Assembly: GCA_964016885.1 (NCBI GenBank)
Contig: OZ024742.1
Span: forward strand, 70,804,001-70,868,000
Reading direction: 5' to 3'
From: Eledone cirrhosa
Lineage: Eukaryota
DNA: 64,000 nucleotides
In this document: piece after piece, positions 13,351-27,348 of the stretch
How the letters are laid out: every line of letters starts with the position of its first letter
How positions within the stretch are numbered: the stretch's first letter is position 1
Notes under the pieces: model-generated
Seen by the model: only the letters and a program-made list of their open reading frames with translations
Database searches by the model: none
Told to the model about the DNA's origin: nothing
Position numbers and translations under genes: made by a program

Positions 13351-13704
13351 TGTGGTTATTTCTTCTTCGGGAATTGTCGTTACAACTTCGACGAAAGTTA
13401 TATTTAATAAAGTATTAACATAACGGCTTTGTGTTATTGTGGTTTATATATTTCATTACTTCTGTGATCAGAGTAAATCACTTACCCAAGGAATTATCAC
13501 ATCATCATCATCATAAGGAACACAGTTACTTGAACACTCACAATCTCTAGTCACACACGCACATTAATTTTCCTTCGCCTACACCCTACGTAACGGTGAT
13601 CAAGTCACTAAACAATCCACAACTGAGTACAGACAACAATCGAATCAACGCCGCGTCAACACCATCCATCTATACATGAGACTCACTATAATTGGTGACC
13701 CGAC
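13351..13704 (+). mobile_element. Possible LTR followed by a tRNA-Trp-like primer binding site
   Basis: Begins tgtgg, ends cactata, then at-TGGTGACCCGAC, one base short of the Trp PBS TGGTGACCCCGAC; no gag/pol visible. Confidence 0.4.
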
Positions 13705-13989
13705 TTTGAGCGCAATGGAAATGTGGAGCTCATCCAAGCTGAGTAAGCCACGGGCAAAGCAACTCAATTCCCCGAAAATGTAGCACTCGCAGAAAATAAG
13801 CAGCACCTTGACTTTGCCAAAAATGAGAGTAGAACGCGAAACTCTAAGATCGTTGTGAATTATCTGAAGTATAGTTGTTTTTTATAGAATATTTTTTTTT
13901 TTTAATTAGTTTACTCGGCAGTAATTAAAGAATGAACATTTGAAAAAAAAAAATTATATGTAAGATATAAGAGAAGCAAAATATAAAAA

Positions 13990-14265
13990 TAATTTCATCC
14001 GTAATAAGTGAAGTTGTAGACGAGAGTGTCTGCGAATGTTAGTCAGGTTTACGAGATTGTACGTTAGTTAATGCGAGAAATGACGTGATTTGGCCATTAA
14101 AGAGAAGAGGTAGGTGAAGTTGGATACGAGCTGTCCAAGGAAGACATCGTTGGACATTACTTGTGTTTGCATTCAATAGATCTGAACGTATGCTACCAGT
14201 TTACTCTGAGATTAATTACTAAACAACTCGGGGGGGTTGAATGAGGCCCAGTCTATGGAATGAAG
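13990..14265 (+). promoter_or_regulatory. Candidate PRDM10 promoter and non-coding exon 1 (5' boundary uncertain)
   Basis: Local CpG enrichment; CRE/ATF-like TGACGTGA at 14081; consensus donor AAG|GTAAGT at 14266. The ATG exon has an acceptor, so an upstream exon must exist. Confidence 0.45.
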
Positions 14266-14589
14266 GTAAGTGAGATGTGTGCAGGGTTTTTTGTTGTGTC
14301 CCCCACCCCTGGCAATGTCGTCCACTTTGGAACCTTCCTGTCAAAATAGATTGCTCCTACTTCCCCACCACCCTCTCCCTGTTTACATAGAAACAGCAGG
14401 GGGCGGGACGAGAGAGACAGAGAATATATATATAACAAAGATTAACAAGGATTTTAAATTAAAGCATTTAATTGAACTGTTTTTACCCATCTTGCCGTGG
14501 ACAATAAAACCACACTGAGCTTTAAAAATGGTTTTTTCCTTTGTATGGTTGTATTATCAACTCATTTAAACTTGTTTATATATATATAT

Positions 14590-14623
<34 letters not shown>

Positions 14624-15085
14624 CAACAATGGATCGATCCTATTTTGACACTCAATGTCTGTCATTGAAATAACTGGCCGTTTTATTTTCTAATTCGTAA
14701 TAAACATTCTGCGGTATATTTACAGCCTTTCAGTGGAAAATTCTTTTTCATATTTCCCCCCTGTATTTTCAATAAATCTGACCTCCAAATATGTGAATGA
14801 GTGTTCGGCAAATTGATGTAGAGAGGTAGCTAAACACATACACACACACATGTATATATATATATATATATACACACACTGTATATTGTACATGATCTGT
14901 ATAGTGACTACAAAAGCAAAGATAAATTACTTACGGTACGGAAACTGACGAAGTTATTGTTTACATCGCATAGACCTAAGAAGATGTATTCCCAATTTTA
15001 TTTTAAAAACACGAGAAAAACACATGCGTCAAACTGTTGTAGAGCGATAGCCGAAAACACATACATATATATATGTATATATATT

Positions 15086-15195
<110 letters not shown>

Positions 15196-17994
15196 AATAC
15201 ACACACACACACATGATCTTATACCTCCCATTTCATCGTTACTTTTCGACAGATTTGGAGGTCAGATTCAGTGAAAACTAGAAAAAAGAAATTCCCACCA
15301 AACGGCTGAGGGGTATTTTTCTCTAGCATGTTACCTTTAAATGTTTATTACGAACTGAGAGATCTCTGTGTTAATCACCAAGTTGTAGACGCAGAAGAAG
15401 CGGATTTGAAAACAATCTCTTCAATTCTTAACAGCATCATGACGTAACATAAATTTTAAGCTGTTTCCTTTGATGATTTTATTTATTTAATACGATTTTT
15501 ATATTCAGTTTTATTGCGAGCACCTTAAAGGAAAGCTCCTGGCCAACCGAGTTGGTCATTTTTTATTACTCATTCAAACCTTTAATAAAACCATGTCTGC
15601 AGCACTTTAAAGAACTGTATTAATATCACATAAACTCAGCTGTTCTCTTGTCTTATAAATGTGTGACATTGTGTCTAAGTAAGAATTTAATGTTTTGTAA
15701 TTAGACAAGTTACAAATATGTCGTGACTGCCTGAAAATAATCTAATACTTCGCAAAAGTTTTAATATAGTCATACACAGAAATATAATAGGAATTAAATA
15801 TTTCATGGCTGTTGATAGTATATATTCTAATTATACAATACTGTATATATATATATAATATATATATATATATAAAACCTGATATTTACAGGGATAGAAA
15901 ATCGAACTTGTTAACATCCATACCTTTCTCAATGACAGCAGCAAATCTTGGCCCTTGACTAAACATTCGAACCAGCTCAATAGTTTAGGGGTAGCTTTAT
16001 CGCTCCTTCTCACAAGTTTCAGAGGAGCTGAAAGGGCTATGGTATCATGGACATTGGGCTTCTTCCCCTTAATAAAGAGTAATAAAAAAAAATGGCTTCA
16101 ACTGGGAATCGAAACCGGCTTGCTAACCGTACGGCATTTGTAGTCAGATTATTGCATACCAGTTGCATCTCAGGATTATACACACATACGCTACATGCAC
16201 ACACAGACAACTCGGTATTATTTCATTGTTATTAGATATGTTACTATTAATGGGTAGCTTTACAAGAGTGCTTCCTATATCTATATATAATTTCATGTTG
16301 TTTAGCCCTAGGTCTGACCTGATTGAGCAAACCTATGATCAAAGCCGTGCCAGCTGTTACCGTTCCATTTATTTTTGTACAACATTGACTAAATTGTTTG
16401 TGTCATTCTTTTTTTAAGACGATAGAGTGTGATTTAAAGATTTGGCTACTGTTTCTAGCAGCTCGAGTGACCGTGTAGGGTTTCCGTCGCTGTTTACCCT
16501 CGGGCAAGCCTTGATTTAGAAGACCCATAATCCAGCCTAGACTATCCTGTCTTTTTAAAAGCATACTAGAACTAAATTATCCCATGCCTCCTTTCCTTTT
16601 CCAAGACGGTGATTTGAAACAGATTTGGCTGCTATTGTTGTTGTTTAACCCCAAGTCAATTTTGATTGAGCAGATCAAAGGCATTCTCGCAATAAGGATT
16701 ACATTATCTAATGTTGTCTTTGATAGTGACCAAAAGACGGCCCAACCGCCTAGATATCCCTTTCCTGTAAGATATCACATTCCAGGGTTGAATGTTAGCA
16801 CAATGAAAAGTTGATTGGGTGAACTGGTGGAGATATTGGAGCACAGATATGTAGTTGTGTTTTGTGTGCAAGAGGTGAGATGGAGGAGAGCCTCAATCAA
16901 ACTCCTTACATGCAAAAGCACAGATAGCTGAGAAGTGAACAGATAAAGTAATTGAGGTAGAGTATGTGACAGAATTATAAAGCTCAGAATAATCAGGCAA
17001 TAGAATGGCAACAATTATCTTCATTTACGCACCACTATTGGGCTGGATGGGTTGTTAGACGAAGACCAGATGGGTTGGAGCAAACTCATTTTGCTCATGC
17101 ATTCCATGTTCAACATGGCTTCTACAGCTGAATGCTCTTCCTAACACAAGTCACCTTACAGTGTACTGGGTGCAACTATGGTTGCCAGACTGAAGAGTCT
17201 TCTCAAACCCTATATTGTCTTCATTCAATCACCAGACACTGTAACCTTTGGCCTCTCACTGTTTTCTTTTAACATTGCATTGGTTGTACTGGTGGATTGG
17301 TCTTTTGTATTATGGCATATTGTCAGTCAGCTCAGATCAGGGGAAGCTAGCCAAGCTTTGTGTTCACTGTCGTTAGACCAAGGGGTCTCTAACACATGGC
17401 CCACAAACTACTTTTCTATGACCCACTGCAGAAGAATTTTCATGGCTAATAATTTCCTAATACTTGGTAATTAGTTTTACTTTTACATGTAATTTGTTTC
17501 TTGATTTAGATTTTAAAAAGGTTTATAAAATTTTTGTTGAAGGTATCTTCCATTTCTTTAACCTATATCTGGCCAGAATTCTCTTACCTCTTTCTGTTCA
17601 AACCGGCCACTCATACTGACATTAATGTATTGTTCGCAAAATAAATAATGACATCATCAAAATCTTGTAGATTCCATATTATGTGAGATAAAGCCTTTAC
17701 CATGAAAATATAATAGTAATGTAAATGCTAAAGGGTTAAATGTGATACAAATTTGAATTTTTCTTAATATCTCCACCTTGTTTCAATATTTTAATTTACT
17801 CATGACATATAATAAAATAGAAAAAATGGAATTTATCAAAAGTGAAAAAAGAAAAATGAGAATCCTCCAAAAGTAATAACAGATTTGAAGAAAATTTGAA
17901 ATGGAAAATTTATCCCACTATATTTTGTACTAATTGATATATTCAAATTACTCTCATATGTGCCTTGATAATGATGTGAGGCTTTTGTATTATA

Positions 17995-18450
17995 CTGATG
18001 TACGATGTTTGACAATGGCTTGGATGCTGCAGGTTTCCCCTCCCAGCTTGAGCCAGTGGGACTGGACCGAGGGGGTGGCAAAAGGCCAGACAGCATGACC
18101 ATCTTCCCGTTCTGCGGTGGTAAACCCCTTGTCTGGGATGCTACTTGCAGCGACACATTCTCCAGTAGCAACATGGTGCAGCCTGCGACTAACCCAGGTT
18201 CTGCTGCACTTTGGGCTGAGGAGGATAAACTCTCCAATTATCAGTCGTTCTCCAACAGTCGAGCCTCTAGCAGTGGAGACATCTGGTGTCCTTGACACTA
18301 GGGCTACCTCTCTACTTACCGCCATAGGTGCTGAGCTGGCGAGCCGCAGGTGTGAGCCTCGTGAGATGGAATGGCTCTTCCAGAGCATCTCCCTTACCAT
18401 CCTCCGAAGAAACGGCTTCTCCATTCTGTCCGCCGAGGCCATAGGGTGGC
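17995..18450 (+). mobile_element. CRE-clade non-LTR retrotransposon 3' remnant (restriction-like endonuclease)
   Basis: LEPVGLDRGGGKRPDSMTIFPF..GKPLVWDATCSDT...AEEDKLSNY, frameshift, PLAVETSGVL...WLFQSISLTILRRN. Confidence 0.82.
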
Positions 18451-18876
18451 CAGCACATAGGACCCCATTTGCTCATAATAGTGAGAGATGGGGAGTGCGA
18501 GAGAGATGGAGGTGATGACAGTGGGAGTTTGGCTCCTCTGTGTTCGGACTTGGTGTATGTGTATGTTATTCTTTCTTTATCATCTCTTTCCCACGTACCC
18601 ATCCCCTTTTATTCAACCTTTCATTTTATTTTATGATGGTTGTCAAAAGCCAACTGTATTGTTCATTTTATTGAACTACTTGATACAATAATAATTTATT
18701 TTTCCAAGCACTCCACTATCCACTTCTCTGATTACTTCAAAATGTAATACTTTTTTCCTTAGCAAGATATTCATTAAACTAAATGGTCCCAACACGTTAT
18801 TGCAAGGAAAGCAAAAAATGCTTGTTGACTGTAATTCGTCTATCATTGCCATCATTTCTAAATTAATGCTATAGAA

Positions 18877-21347
18877 CACAGGTTCTCAACCCATTTAGGC
18901 CCCTCAAAATCATGACCCCCCCCCCCATTTTTCCATTTTTCAATATACTACTGATTTTGATATCAATAGATTACTAAAAAAGTGATTAACAATATTCCAA
19001 AGATACCATTGCAAGCAGTTGAGAGTATAAATGCATTCCTTGAAAGGAAGTATATAAATTTCAAAAAAAGGAACATAAATATTCTTTTTTTATGAATAAG
19101 GACCAGTTGAATTTGTTATAATCCCACCAGGCGATACCAGCTATTTTGAACATTTATACAAGAGCAACTCTGTCTATCCAAAGAGTGCTCTTATCTAGAA
19201 GAAAGTGGCAATTATATCATTTCAAAACTTTCCAATTTTCCTTTAATGAAACGGACAGAATAAATGTTGATATCTAACTTGATGTCCCCTCCGCTTTGTG
19301 AGTTTAGAGACCATGGAAGAGGGTTTTCATGACCACGTAAGAGGGTATATTTATTAGTAAATGGTAAAATATATATAACAAATGAGTAAGTGAATTGTAG
19401 TAGATGGTTTCCAGTCCAGTCAGACTGCAACTACAAATAAAAAAATTGTTAGTTTGCTTCGTAACAATAGTATATCCAAGTTTTTGTATAAATCGACTTA
19501 CTTTAACTTTGACCTCATTTCAATGGGACCCTTGAGCTTCATGGAGTCTAGCTAACTCTTTGACGTCAGGCTGAATTTTCGTAAGATGTAGCTGGAGATC
19601 ACGTCTAATTACATTATAGCGGTTGTGAGCCTTATTGTGCAGTCTGGAAACGGCACCAAACCACCTCTCGACTAAGTATGAGCTTGGAAAATCAGAGCAA
19701 ATCTCTTAGCTTCTGCATGTAGAAGTGGAAATTGATGCTGAATTTCCTCTTGCATCCAAAAAAGAGGTTTACCTATTTTGGAAAATCTAATTTTGATCAT
19801 GTCATCTGTTTGAAATTCGATGAATTCTTCCTGAAATTTAATGTCTAAATCGTCGACGTTAGCTATGAAGGGATCTGCTATCCACATTCGGATGTCCATC
19901 TGCAAAAGGTCAACAAACCGTTCTCTCATGTTGTCTTGTAGCGCACAGAGGTGAGTGATATAAATTTGGAGTTGGTCATCGCTCACAATGTTTTGAACAT
20001 TGGTGACACTAGCAAAATTATAGAATTCCCGTCAACAAAGATTCCTTTCGATGAAATTCAATTTGGCCAGGAATGTTTTCACAGCATTCCTTGCTTTAAG
20101 CAAGGTGATCTTCTTCCCCTGCAAAGCCATAATGATGCTATTGCATTTGTCGAAGATATCGGCAAGGTAGGCGCAGTCTTGCCTCACAACGAGGGTTCTC
20201 TTGTACAGTTTTGTGTTGCGTCCTCGAAGAAACTCAATGATAGAGTCAAACAGTTCAAAGAAGCAAGTAAGGCACTTGCCCTTTGAAAGCCACCTCACTT
20301 CAGTATAAAGGAGCAGCTCAACAAATTCTTCATCATTATCTTGGCACAGTTGCTGGAAAATTCGTTCATTGGGGGTATGGTGTTTGATAAAATTGATGAC
20401 ATCAATGGCCATCTGCAAGGACTTGCTCAGCAGCTCACTTGGTTTCTTCGCAGCCAAGTGTTGTCAATGAATGACACAATGAACAGCAAATACAGATGGA
20501 TTTTCTCTCTTCAGAAGAGTGATGAAACCCTTATGTTGGCCAACCATTGCTCTTGTGCCATCCATAGCACGACACAATGTGTGTTGTATGTGGTCCTAGA
20601 TGTATGTATTACCTGCTTGTATATTGCATGTGGTCCCAGCTGTATCTATTACCTGCTTGTGTGTTGTATGTGGTCCTAGATGTGTGTTATATGTGGTCCC
20701 AGATGTGTGTGCTACCTGCTTATGTGGTCCCAGATGTATGTATTACCTGCTTGTGTGTTGTGTATGGTCCTAGATGCGTGTGCTACCTGCTTGTGTGTTG
20801 TATATGGTCCCAGATGTATGTATTACCTGCCTGTGTGTTGTATGTGGTCCTAGATGTATGTATTACTTGCTTATGTGTTGTATGTAGTCCTAGATGTGTG
20901 TACTACCCGCTTCTGTGTTTTTTCTTTTCTGTTTTCCTTTTCCTTTTCTTGTTTTTAATTTGTAATATTATTTATACAATTGGGAATAAAATAGATCTAC
21001 ATAGTGTTAACTCGTTGCGATGGAGTCAATAATTTCAGACATGAAATACATTGTTATCAGTGAAGAAAGACAAAATTCTAACTGGCTGTGCTCAAAGTGT
21101 CCTTGACCCAGTTGACTGTGGGGTTTTCTATATTTATGATCTCAATTGCTGGTTAATGTCTAGACAGGCATGCACACCTGCTCTCAGTTGCGGTCAGACC
21201 ATAGTTATGCTGTCTGCATGCTCATTCAAATGCATCCACACTGGCTGTCTCAGAGATGTACAAATATGGCTTATAAAACTTACCAAACTAAATAACCTTC
21301 CAAAACGACTGGGGGAGGGGGGTACGTGTCCCCGTTGAGAACCTTTG
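18877..21347 (-). mobile_element. Buster/Charlie (ZBED8/SCAND3-like) hAT transposon, internally deleted and inactive
   Basis: TIRs cacaggttctcaac / gttgagaacctttg (13/14); perfect 8-bp TSD ctatagaa with central TA; minus-strand transposase LLLYTEVRWLSKGKCL...YLADIF with frameshifts. Confidence 0.9.
20578..20912. repeat. About 42-bp minisatellite inside the hAT element
   Basis: Repeated gtgttgtatgtggtcctagatgtatgtattacctgctt. Confidence 0.85.
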
Positions 21348-21484
21348 CTATAGAAGATGAACATTTGAAGATGTCAACACCCCCAATTTCAACAATTGAA
21401 TTAGCTTGAAATGAAAGATGAATTGGTTCATGAGGTTGTCATTACATATCGCAATTACTTGCAATCATTATATGAAGACATGGT

Positions 21485-21575
21485 TTACTTTGCCTTTCAT
21501 CCTTACGGGGTCGATAAAATAAAGTACCAGTAATGCACTGGGTAATTGCTGGCCTTGTGCCAAAAGTAGAAACAA
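21485..21575 (+). mobile_element. 5'-truncated SINE with about 17-bp TSD
   Basis: Flanked by ttatatgaagacatggt on both sides; body matches 9115-9205. Confidence 0.88.
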
Positions 21576-22740
21576 TTATATGAAGACATGGTACAGCGAT
21601 TTCAGGGTATTATTACATTGCCTGTTCCAGTTTGGTATAGCGACTTGTTTGAAGTCCAAATAATCAATTGTGAAGACGATGTGCAGGAAGAATCGATAGA
21701 TTTACCAAATGACAATGATGCCTCACTGCAATAAACATGGCTTCTGGTATCATCAAAGTATAGTGACATCTTTTCCTAATCTATAGAAGCACTTAAAGTT
21801 GATTTTGCTTGCTTTCTCAGTGGTAGAAGCTGGTTTCAGCCACATTAATACCTTGTTATCTGAAAGTAGAAGTAGGCTGGATATAATCAAAAGAGGTGAC
21901 TTGCAGTTAAAGATGACTAATTTTAAACCCTATGTGTTTGCATTAGCTGTGTTGCACAAGACTCAGGAGTCACATTATTTGATGTTACTACTACTCTTTA
22001 CATTACTTTTAATAAAGAAGCTTTGTAAGGATTAAAATATTGGTAATGGTTTGTTACTGGTTTGTAAACAGACTTTTTATGATGGTTATACTTTTTATTG
22101 TCCAGAAAAGTGTCTATTAGGAAATCTGTCAACTCAAATTTATGCTTTTGAATATTTACTATACAAATGGGAGGTCTTTTCCATGTAAAAGTGGGCAATG
22201 ACACAAAAAAGGTTTGGTCTCCCTACATTTTGTACTAATTCACGTACTCTGTGTATTCATTTTCAGGAAAAATAAATAAATAGCAGCCTATTATCTGTAT
22301 TTCAGATTAACATTATAACTGGTGTAAATCATGCTCCCCTCCATCTCACTTTTGGCTCACAGGACGTAATAACTCTTTAATTTGAGACCCTTGTCTTAAA
22401 CAGATCAGGGGATGCTAGCCAAGCTTGATGCTCACTGCAAAGCATTAAAAATAGTCCTTTACTCCTCTCAACTTTTCAGTTCAACCATTATCTTAAATGA
22501 AATTGTACTGAATAACTTGGATTCTTCTGCTTCAGTAGTGTCTAAGAACAATTTAAGACTATTTTTAAAGAAGAAAACTTCAATATCTGACAATTCACTT
22601 GCATATCAATCAGAGTAATTTCATTCTTCCTTGAGACACTCTTTCTCACTTTCACTCTGAACATAACTTTTTACACTTGTCAATACTTAAGTATTCTATC
22701 AATATATAGAGAGCCATCTAGTCACACTATATCACAAAAA

Positions 22741-22997
22741 ATTACAATTATCAACAACCACAAATTATAATTATTAACAACCACAAATCTCAATTATCAA
22801 CAACCACAAATCTCAATTATCAACAACCACAAATCTCAATTATCAACAACCACAAATCTCAATTATCAACTACCACAAATTACAATTATCAACAACCACA
22901 AATGACAATTATCAACAACCATAAATTACAATTATCAACAACCACAAATTACAGTTATTAACAACCACAAATTACAATTATCAACGGCCACAAATTT
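22741..22997. repeat. 22-bp minisatellite
   Basis: (caattatcaacaaccacaaatct-like)n, about 11 copies. Confidence 0.9.
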
Positions 22998-24104
22998 ACA
23001 GAATTCTTTATTAACTATGATGCCAAAATAGATTTTAAAAATTGTCATGGTAACCATTTGGATGCCATGGAAACGACATAGTTGCCAGAGCAACCGTTGC
23101 CATGCAACACAAAACACGTACATTAGATTGGTAATGTTGTTTGGTGAGATTGTTTTGGTTACAAAAGGCTGTATAATTACATTTTGTAACAATAAAAATC
23201 AAGGAAATATGACCATTTTATACCCCCTGTCCAACTCCTGCCGTTTCCATGGCAATAGGGAAATTTTTTTCAAAATCAGTTATGGGAGCATTTAACAGGG
23301 TGAATTTAAGAGAAAAATCTGCTTAATTTCGAAAGTTAAGCAAAAAAAACTATGTGTGGGATATCTGAGAGACCCCTCCCCCGGCATAATAGGGTTATGG
23401 TGGCCTCATCATCATCATCATCATCATGATTAACAACAGCAACTATAACAAAAGTAAACATACATCTAGAGCAAAGTTATTTAGTTTGCTTCAGATTACA
23501 TTAATTTCTTTGAATGGCACAAGGTGATATATCTGTAGGGACATATAGTTGATTGAATTATTGGTGTTTATTTTATTGACACCCCCAGAGAATGAAAGTT
23601 GAGGTGAACCAGAGCAAGTGTTGAAATGAGAATGTAACTGTCATTTCTGTGAATGAACTGTCATTACTTCTGACAACAAGGAAACATTGTAAACATCATT
23701 GTTTTTATGTCCACTTTTCCATGCTGGCATGAATTCAACAGGAGTTTTTATGGTTGGATTCCCTTCCAGACACCAACCTGTTTAGCTGCTTCTTACAGCA
23801 TGTAGAGATGTGATGTAGCTATTCTAAATACTAGGATATACTTATTAAAACGTATAGATGAATAAACTTGATCAAGGAGGGTAGAATATACACTTGGTAA
23901 GTATGGTACATTGGTGTTATACCACTTAGCCTTAACAGTTAAGATTGGGTTTATACCTTTCTATACAGACTGATTCAGTTAGCTAAGACCTGTAAAATCT
24001 ATCAGGGAACTAAGTTTCCTATGTAAGAAATTTGCTGAATAATGGTTCTGATATACAATCAGTTTATCACCTCAACATAAATCAGTTTATCATCTACTTA
24101 TAGG

Positions 24105-24360
24105 GAAGGCATATGGCCTAATAGTTAGGTTGTTTGGCTCACAATCATGAGGTCATGGGTTCGATTGCTGGACTGGGTGGTATGTTATGTCCTTTAGCAA
24201 GCCACTTCATTTTGTGTTGCTTTGACTTAAAGGAAATGAGTACCAGCAGTAGGTAAATGCTAATTCAGCAAGAGACAGGTAATCTCAGTTGCTAAATGCC
24301 AACAAAACCAGGATAAGCTATGGCTTGATGAGTCACTTGGGCTTGAAACAGACTTTTAAC
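24105..24360 (+). mobile_element. tRNA-derived SINE, second family (also about 47798-47915)
   Basis: Box A tggcctaatagttagg and box B ggttcgattgc, followed by a non-tRNA body. Confidence 0.65.
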
Positions 24361-25778
24361 TACTCAAAAGAAGGTTAATGATGGAATTCCTCTACAAACT
24401 ACAATGTGAAATGTCTGCATAATATCAACAAAGTACATAAATATCAAAATTCACACATCTGTTCAACTTCATATCAGTATGGAAGGAGTAATGTAATAAG
24501 AAAGTGTGACATGTGACACATGATACAATATAAATGGTAGATGGATGCATGCAATAACTGATTAGTTTTTCTTTGTTTCGTTTTTTCAATATTATTTAGT
24601 ATGGAATAGAGTGGAAGTCTCCATAGCTTGTCCTAGTATGGGAAAATAGGGAAAGCTTGTTGAACATGTCTGCTGGTCCATGTATAGCAGGAATAAAGTT
24701 CGAGAAGAGAGCAGTTTTAGAGAGAAATGATTAGTTGGAGTAAGAGGAAGAAAACTAGAAGCAGGTGAGATAAGTGAGTTATATAGTCAAGAGGTTTAGT
24801 AGAACAGAAATCAATGTAGTGGCAGTGATAGAAACAGGACAACAGCATGAAGATGGGATTCCAGTTTAATGTATTATACAATGTATGTTCAATAATTAAT
24901 GAGAACAATTTAGACGAGGCATTAAAATTCAGTTAAAATGCTACTTCATGATGAAGAAGACTCATATAATGTATAAAGTGACAAACTGGCAACTTCCTAT
25001 CTGCCTAGGTTGGAGCACAGCAGTGTATGTTGTAGAAACAGTTTGATCTGATTCACTGTCAACACATGGCAAGATGCAAGTGTGCAAGTGTGTAGATGCA
25101 AGATGTCATTATTTTATAGGCGACAAAGTTTTGTAAGCTTATGGAAATAAATAATGTCTCTCCTAAAATATTCTCATTACCTATTGAACATACTTCATAG
25201 CTTTTGTCTCAAATGTCACTATTAAATTGTATATTTTTATAATTCTAAGAGGGTTAAAGTTTTACCTACTAGACATCAATATATTCTCTCAAGTTTTCTT
25301 CTGGAGCCATAGTTTTACAAATCGTACTGTTACAGTGTGCCATCATTGTCATCATCATCATCATATGTCTGCTTTCCATGTTGGCATGGGGTGAACAAGT
25401 TGTCACGGTTCAAGGCAGGAATGGTCAGTGAACCAGGTCTTTCCAAAATATTCCATATCTGGCACAGTTTCAACAACTGGATGCTAGTATGGAAAGTGAA
25501 TGTAAAATGATAATGACAATGATAGATATAAACCAATTAATCTGCTAATTTACATTTTTACATTTTTTGGAAGAATGTCATATGAAAAGTAAAGATCTAA
25601 TTATTAGGATTTGGATACAAAGCAGTGATTTACCGAACAAGATGTAATAAACCATTTTAGCTCAACTATCGCCATCCCAAGGTTCTTCATTCTTAATAAA
25701 CTGATCCTATTTTTCTTTTTTTCAGGTACAAAGATGGCATGACACCTGTTTAAGTTGATAGAAAGATTGAAAACCATA

Positions 25779-26309
25779 ATGGAGAGTGACAGCAGTTCTA
25801 ATCCAAGCACAGTATGGGCAACAGTGGGACAACAGGTGCAGCAACATCATCACCAACACCAACAACAACAGCATCCACAGCCATCTCAAGCACACTTGCT
25901 TCAGCAAGTACAGGCACAACAGTCTGTTTTGCAGTCAGCCCAGTTTGTTGCTTCTCCTCCTTCAAATAATGGAACATTTACAGTAACTACCACTCATCAA
26001 GGCCTCCCAATTCTAGCTGGAGCACCATCAGTGGCAGCTGCAGCTGCTGCTTCAACTACATTTACAGCACAGTATCTTGACTTTCAGTCGCCTCAATTTA
26101 CTACATACCAAATCAATATTCCCCATGGAGCCAATCTCTATCAGCCAGCCCAGTCTTCATTTGAAAGGATTTCACCTGTTGATGAATTCCAAGGTGGGGA
26201 AGTAGTTTCTGGAAGTGATGCTATTGCTACATACTCAACCTTACAAACAGCTAATGGCGCACAACTCATTGCTGCTCCAGCCGTTGATAGTACCACACTG
26301 CAGCATACT
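25779..26309 (+). CDS. PRDM10: PRDM10 coding exon 1 (Q/H-rich, A/S/T-rich N-terminus); exon begins at 25726 with 5' UTR
   Basis: Pyrimidine tract and cag acceptor end at 25725. ATG 25779 is in strong context (ataATGg) with an in-frame TGA upstream at 25740. Reads MESDSSSNPSTVW...LQHT; donor gtaagt at 26310 (phase 0). Confidence 0.8.
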
Positions 26310-26696
26310 GTAAGTCGAATTTCGTTATTTATCACTACTTTTTGGAGAATTCTGCACATAAAATTATTGTTATTCTACATAAAGGGATGGCGAACCTATA
26401 TGTCCAAAACAGCATCTTAAAACATTTCTATATACTTCTTTTAAAAAATGGGACATAAAAATATTTGTTAGTATAAAGTGACCATTTGGTTAAAACACCA
26501 ACATGTGCATTACTTTGATATCTAAATTTATTGATGTTGCCTGTGATTACCACTGTCATAAACAGATTTCTTTCAGAAGGTTTTTAAACATTTTGTCTTC
26601 TTTCTCCAGAAAATTCCTATTCATAAACAACCCTAAAAAGACAAAAATTAATTATAGAACAAAAGAACTTATTTTATTGCTTTCTTCTTGTTGCAG

Positions 26697-26846
26697 CAGA
26701 GTTTCTCTGGTCATCATATAATGAATGAGAACCTAATGGCAGTGCAGCGTGTGGTTTCTCCAGTTGATTGTACAGTCAGTCAGTCTACATTGAGCCTCCA
26801 AAGAGATCACGACACCAGCCACCAGGCTTCTACTATTGGCTCTGTG
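26697..26846 (+). CDS. PRDM10: PRDM10 coding exon 2
   Basis: Acceptor tttcttcttgttgcag; open frame QSFSGHHIMNENLMAVQRVVSPVD...TIGSV; donor gtttgt at 26847 (weak); phase 0/0 fits neighbours. Confidence 0.65.
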
Positions 26847-27348
26847 GTTTGTACATTCTTATACTAACAAATTAACACTACAGCTATTCCTCACTTAAAA
26901 ACCAGCTTCTGTGTCACTAAAAAGGTCATAAAGAGTATTGGTTGGTAAATGAATTTCTCCATTCCAACAACCTAGTCAAAAAATGTCTTTAGGTATTGTT
27001 TTAATGTTACCTGATGGATGATAGCGTCTATGAGAAGATGAAAAGTTACCAAATATCAGTTTTATATTAAATACATTATCTGAATTATGAAATTTGTAAA
27101 TATCTATTGGAAACACTTAGTAATTGTAAATTTGCTTTAGGAATCTTAAAAAAAATAAGATTTATGGGATAAAGAATATACAAAGATATGTAACATGAAA
27201 AATTATATAAAATTTTAAAAGTACATAAATATGTGCATACAAAAAATGTAAGGTCATGTGCAGTTGTTAAATGAGGTGACCATTAAGTAAGGAACCTCTG
27301 TATTACTATTGCTGTTGTTATGATAGTTTTGAATAGTTGGTCATTGAG

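Larger units (their letters stand above)
18760..21990 (+). pseudogene. Older Buster/Charlie-type hAT transposase remnant split by later insertions
   Basis: LNGPNTLLQGKQKMLVDC...ISKLML before 18876, resuming after 21355 and ending VEAGFSHINTLLSESRSRLDIIKRGDLQLKMTNFKP. Confidence 0.6.
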
